This document shows, in pieces, positions 28,497 to 32,000 of a DNA stretch of 32,000 nt. The stretch comes from a cyanobacterium endosymbiont of Epithemia turgida isolate EtSB Lake Yunoko (GTDB lineage: Bacteria; Cyanobacteriota; Cyanobacteriia; Cyanobacteriales; Microcystaceae). The stretch lies in NCBI RefSeq assembly GCF_000829235.1, contig NZ_AP012549.1, positions 2,460,001 to 2,492,000 on the forward strand, in the 5' to 3' direction. The position numbers were made by a program, and so were the translations under genes. The number at the start of each line of letters is the position of its first letter. Position 1 is the first letter of the stretch. Under the pieces are notes generated by a model. It was given only the letters and a program-made list of their open reading frames with translations, made no database searches and was not told the DNA's origin.

Positions 28497-28750
28497 CGGT
28501 TGAAAGAATAAAAAATTAAAATTTAAGCTTAGCATTAAGTTGTTAAAGTAGTTAGGGTAAGCTCTCAATAGAAGATTAGTAATCAAGAAAAAAAGAATAT
28601 CATTTAGCTCTGATTAGAAATTTTTAAATTAATATTTAAAATATTTATTGATCTCTAACTTAGTTAAATTAAATAACCTTAAAACCCTTGAATTTTACTT
28701 TTCAAAGAAAGATGTTTATTGTCTATTAATTATCAAGGTGATAGTTTTGC

Positions 28751-28791
28751 CTATACACAGTTTAAATTTTTAAAATTTAAACTGTGTATAG
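28751..28791. repeat. 41-nt perfect palindrome (20-bp arms)
   Basis: CTATACACAGTTTAAATTTT-T-AAAATTTAAACTGTGTATAG, located in the tract upstream of minC. Confidence 0.75.
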
Positions 28792-29166
28792 CGAAGTTTA
28801 TGCTGTAAAAATAAAAATTGAAATGTGGCCATAACATTACTATTCATTGATAGGCTCTTTGCTAGCTATAAAGACGATATAAGTCTTATTTATCTGTGAG
28901 AATAAGGTTTAATAAATCCCTATTACTTGTTTGCGAGAAAACTTATAATCAAGAATTAACAGGTTATATATATTTTTAACAGCTAATTGATAACCTAGGT
29001 TTTTATTATTCGTTAAATAAACTTTATATTCTTCATATACTAAAATAATTTTCGTTAATTACTATATAAATTTATTTAATAAATGATTTCTACTTTTTTA
29101 ACAAAGAAATTTATCAAAAATAATATTTTTGAGATATTTTTTCTGAGTTTTTTAACTTTACTCTTT

Positions 29167-29199
29167 ATAATGTTTTTTAGTGATTATAAAAAACATTAT
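29167..29199. repeat. hairpin, 13-bp perfect arms
   Basis: ATAATGTTTTTTA (29167-29179) and TAAAAAACATTAT (29187-29199), 7-nt loop. Confidence 0.55.
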
Positions 29200-29275
29200 C
29201 TGTCTGTAGAGATATTACCCACAATTTTATAATTGATATATTTTTTGAGTATAAACAAGCATCAAATATTTCTTA

Positions 29276-29316
29276 ATACTAATAAACTTAAAACAAAAAT
29301 ACTAGTTTATTAGTAT
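29276..29316. repeat. hairpin, 13-bp perfect arms
   Basis: ATACTAATAAACT (29276-29288) and AGTTTATTAGTAT (29304-29316), 15-nt loop. Confidence 0.55.
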
Positions 29317-29404
29317 CAATCAGGAATAACAACAGATATATTATGATTGATTTATCGATATTTCTTTAGTGACATACTTAGTAATTAGATGAAATCGTTA
29401 TCTT

Positions 29405-29442
29405 AAGAAAAAATCTACCCCTAAATCAGGCAAAGGTAGATT
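29405..29442 (-). terminator. rho-independent terminator of moeB
   Basis: Read on the - strand: AATCTACC-loop-GGTAGATT followed by TTTTTTC. On the + strand the arms are at 29412-29419 and 29435-29442, with the A-run at 29407-29413. It lies about 50 nt after the moeB stop. Confidence 0.6.
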
Positions 29443-29493
29443 ACTTGACTAATATATTTTATTTGATTAAAAATCTGGGGGACAGCAGTAACA

Positions 29494-30666
29494 TTAATAT
29501 TGAGGAATGTCAGGATCAACTTCTTTACTCCAAGCTGTAATTCCACCTTTAACATTACTTCCTAAAATTCCCTTTTCCTTGAGAATTCCTAACGCTTTAG
29601 CTGACCGTACTCCTGTCTTACAATGGGCAATAACTTTTTTATTTTGTGATAATATGCGAATTTTTTCTACTCCTCTTCCATCTTCAATATCTGGCAAAGG
29701 AACTAAAATTGACCCTGGAATTTTAGCTATTTCGTACTCGTTGACATTACGAACATCAATTAAGACAAAAGTATTTGTACCATAATTAATTAGGTCTTTG
29801 AGTTCTTTAACGGTAATTTCAGGAATAGTTGTCTTTTCCTGGGCTTCCACTGCTTGTGCTTGAGGGATTCCACAGAATTGTTCGTAGTCGATGAGTTTAT
29901 CAATTAGCGGACGTTCAGGGTTAGGTCGTAATGTCAACTCACGGAATTTCATATCCCAGGCATTATACAGTAATAAACGTCCACTGAGAGTATTTTCCGC
30001 TCCTAGGACAATCTTAATGGCTTCAGTGGCTTGGATTGTTCCAATAATACCACAAAGTACGCCTAAAACTCCCCCTTCTGCACAAGAAGGAACCATTCCA
30101 GGAGGTGGAGGTTCGGGATATAAGTCACGGTAGTTAGGACCTCCTTGGTAGTTAAAGACCGTTGCTTGTCCTTCGAAGCGAAAGATCGACCCATAGATAT
30201 TGGGTTTATTAAGTAAAACGCAAGCATCATTAGTCAAATACCGAGTTGGGAAATTATCCGTCCCATCAATAACAACATCATAGGACTTAAGAATTTCTAG
30301 CGCATTTTCCGAAGATAAGTGAGTTTCATATAAATTTACTTGGCAGTAGGGGTTAATCTGTAAAATTCGGTCTTTTGCGGATTGAATTTTTGGTTTTCCT
30401 ATCCAAGATATCCCATGAATGATTTGACGTTGTAAGTTAGAACTATCAACAATATCAAAGTCAACAATTCCAATACATCCAATTCCTGCGGCCGCTAAGT
30501 ACAGGAGTAAAGGAGATCCAAGTCCCCCTGTCCCTATACACAGAACACTGGCTGCCTTGAGGCGTTTTTGTCCATCTAGTCCTACTTCTGGAAGAATAAT
30601 GTGACGAGAGTATCTTTGAAACTCTTCTTTATCGAGTTCGATTTCTTGTAAATTGGGATTTAGCAT
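29494..30666 (-). CDS. moeB: molybdopterin-synthase adenylyltransferase MoeB with C-terminal rhodanese domain (MoeZ-like)
   Basis: 390 aa. ThiF/MoeB fold with RYSRHIILPEVG, nucleotide loop GTGGLGSPLLLYLAAAGIG, and a rhodanese active-site loop CKTGVRS. Confidence 0.92.
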   Translation of the reverse strand: MLNPNLQEIELDKEEFQRYSRHIILPEVGLDGQKRLKAASVLCIGTGGLGSPLLLYLAAAGIGCIGIVDFDIVDSSNLQRQIIHGISWIGKPKIQSAKDRILQINPYCQVNLYETHLSSENALEILKSYDVVIDGTDNFPTRYLTNDACVLLNKPNIYGSIFRFEGQATVFNYQGGPNYRDLYPEPPPPGMVPSCAEGGVLGVLCGIIGTIQATEAIKIVLGAENTLSGRLLLYNAWDMKFRELTLRPNPERPLIDKLIDYEQFCGIPQAQAVEAQEKTTIPEITVKELKDLINYGTNTFVLIDVRNVNEYEIAKIPGSILVPLPDIEDGRGVEKIRILSQNKKVIAHCKTGVRSAKALGILKEKGILGSNVKGGITAWSKEVDPDIPQY

Positions 30667-30960
30667 AGGCGTCGCCTGACTAATTAAGTGTCACGTTAGT
30701 TTCTTGATAAGCACTCAACCAGTTATTGTAGCAGATCTCTTTTAACTGAATATCTACATATAGAAAAACCTTAGCTTATACTCCTGCTGTATTAACTTTA
30801 ATTGACATTTCTTTTATCAACTATTTAAAAGTAAATTATTTACCCAATCTATAATTAGCGATGATTTTAATATAAATTAAATTTTAAGTTTATTAAAAAT
30901 TACTCATATTTAGTTAAATAAAAATTAACCTACTATATATTTTTTTATAAAATTAAATAA

Positions 30961-32000
30961 TTAAGCGTATATTTTTTTAGTAAAATTTTAATTTTATTTT
31001 TTCTATTTTTATTTACCAATGTAGCTGGTTTAAGTGCTGGTTTGGCGGGATTAATGATGTTGGTAGGTAAAGTATCAAATAGGATTAATGTTCCAGTCAT
31101 TGATTAGTTGAGCGATCATACTTATTTTTATTGGAAAAGATGCTATCCTTGGATGTTATTTAGAGCAGTTCATTTGGGAATAACTTCTATTTTATCATGA
31201 GGAGTTAGTCTTACTAGTAATTATATATTTTTATCTATTATAAAGTGGCTTATTGATTATTTAATAAATATTAAATATCAGGTTTTTACCCTATTAAAAT
31301 TGATCTATTTAGTTAAATATGATAGAATATATATAAAATTTATTAATTTTTAATCTTACTATCAGAATTTTTTTATAGCCTTTCCACAAATAATTTTTGC
31401 AAAGATTCATAATACAAAACAACAGTATTTGTTAATGAAATTAATTTTTTCTTTACTCGCAATACTGATAAAAAGGAATGAAAATTATACTTTATCTTTT
31501 ACAAAATAATTATGTTTGGTATTTAATAATTGTTATTTGTTGAGTATTTAAATAATTAAATTAATTATTTTTTTATATAACTTATTATATTAAATCACGA
31601 ACAATTTGCGTTATGTAAATTGCTATTATACCTAAAAGTACAGTATTATTTATACTACTTTTTTTAAGGGTATACCTTCTATAATTTGTGTAGGATTAGG
31701 ACTATTTTTTTTTACAATCAGGACAAGTAGTATTATTGCATTTTTTGCTGTTATGGCTGGTATTGGAATTGCAACTGCTTATATTGTTCCCTGGTCAATG
31801 TTGCTGGATGTAATAGATTGAGATGAGTTAAATACTGGATAAAGACGAGAAGGTATTTTTTTTTTAGTAGTGGAATAGTCATAAAAAATAGAAGTTGCTT
31901 TAGCCTTGTTTTTTATAAGTAAAATCTTAGATTGGTCAGGGTATATTGGTTCCGGTGGAAGAGTACAAGCAGAGTCAACTTTATGGGTAATTTTGATTAT
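30961..32000 (+). pseudogene. decayed GPH/MFS-family (melibiose/glycoside-pentoside-hexuronide type) sugar:cation symporter, truncated by the window end
   Basis: Translation gives ILFFLFLFTNVAGLSAGLAGLMMLVGK. After a frame change near 31072 it gives IKWINVPVID*LSDHTYFYWKRCYPWMLF (TAG 31104-31106, TGA 31197-31199). Later it gives AVMAGIGIATAYIVPWSMLLDVID*DELNTG*RREGIFF...ALALFFISKILDWSGYI, with stops at 31819, 31840, 31876 and 31882. The motifs match GPH transporters as I recall them. The 5' boundary is approximate. Confidence 0.8.

Noticed and set aside
2614-29316. Long hairpins and palindromes as MITEs or IS termini
   Set aside because: The elements share no sequence with one another and have no flanking direct repeats that I can see. 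No transposase or integrase ORF is in the window. This could only be settled by a genome-wide copy search.
18285-30133. Remaining overlapping track ORFs (18285-18470, 22267-22455, 23759-23947, 24262-24507, 24470-24802, 27109-27300, 27835-28044, 29507-29785, 29891-30133)
   Set aside because: Each is an alternative-frame or antisense ORF inside rdgB, csaB, the serine hydrolase, ffh, minD, minC or moeB. None shows a known motif.

Overview
This window looks like chromosomal DNA from a low-GC cyanobacterium; the proteins resemble the unicellular Cyanothece/Crocosphaera type. It is mostly conserved housekeeping genes. On the + strand: a BicA-like SulP transporter, a PsiE-like membrane protein, rplS, then the universal tRNA-Trp-secE-nusG-rplK-rplA-rplJ-rplL cluster, and accA, an SDR oxidoreductase and folE. 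On the - strand: an M16 peptidase homolog, a DUF938 methyltransferase, rdgB, malQ, csaB, a class-A-like serine hydrolase, ffh, minC-minD-minE and moeB. Only about two thirds of the window is intact coding sequence. The rest is seven gene-free, visibly much more A+T-rich tracts of roughly 0.8-1.8 kb, plus one clear pseudogene: a GPH/MFS sugar transporter at about 30.96-32.0 kb with in-frame stops and a frameshift. The gene-free tracts carry several long, perfect but mutually unrelated hairpins and palindromes, with arms of 17-26 bp; some look like intrinsic terminators that no longer have a gene. Together this points to ongoing reductive genome evolution, as in cyanobacterial endosymbionts such as UCYN-A or diatom spheroid bodies. 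That lineage assignment is an inference, not something shown by the sequence. I found no transposase, integrase, phage, CRISPR, toxin-antitoxin or defence-type genes, and no convincing novel multi-gene system. The most interesting signals are non-coding: orphan terminators, long palindromes, a possible sRNA 3' end and an rplJ leader attenuator. Gene decay adds the pseudogene, a degenerate pilin-like orphan ORF and a catalytically dead M16 peptidase with no partner nearby. All functional calls rest on my recognition of translated motifs; no database search was possible.
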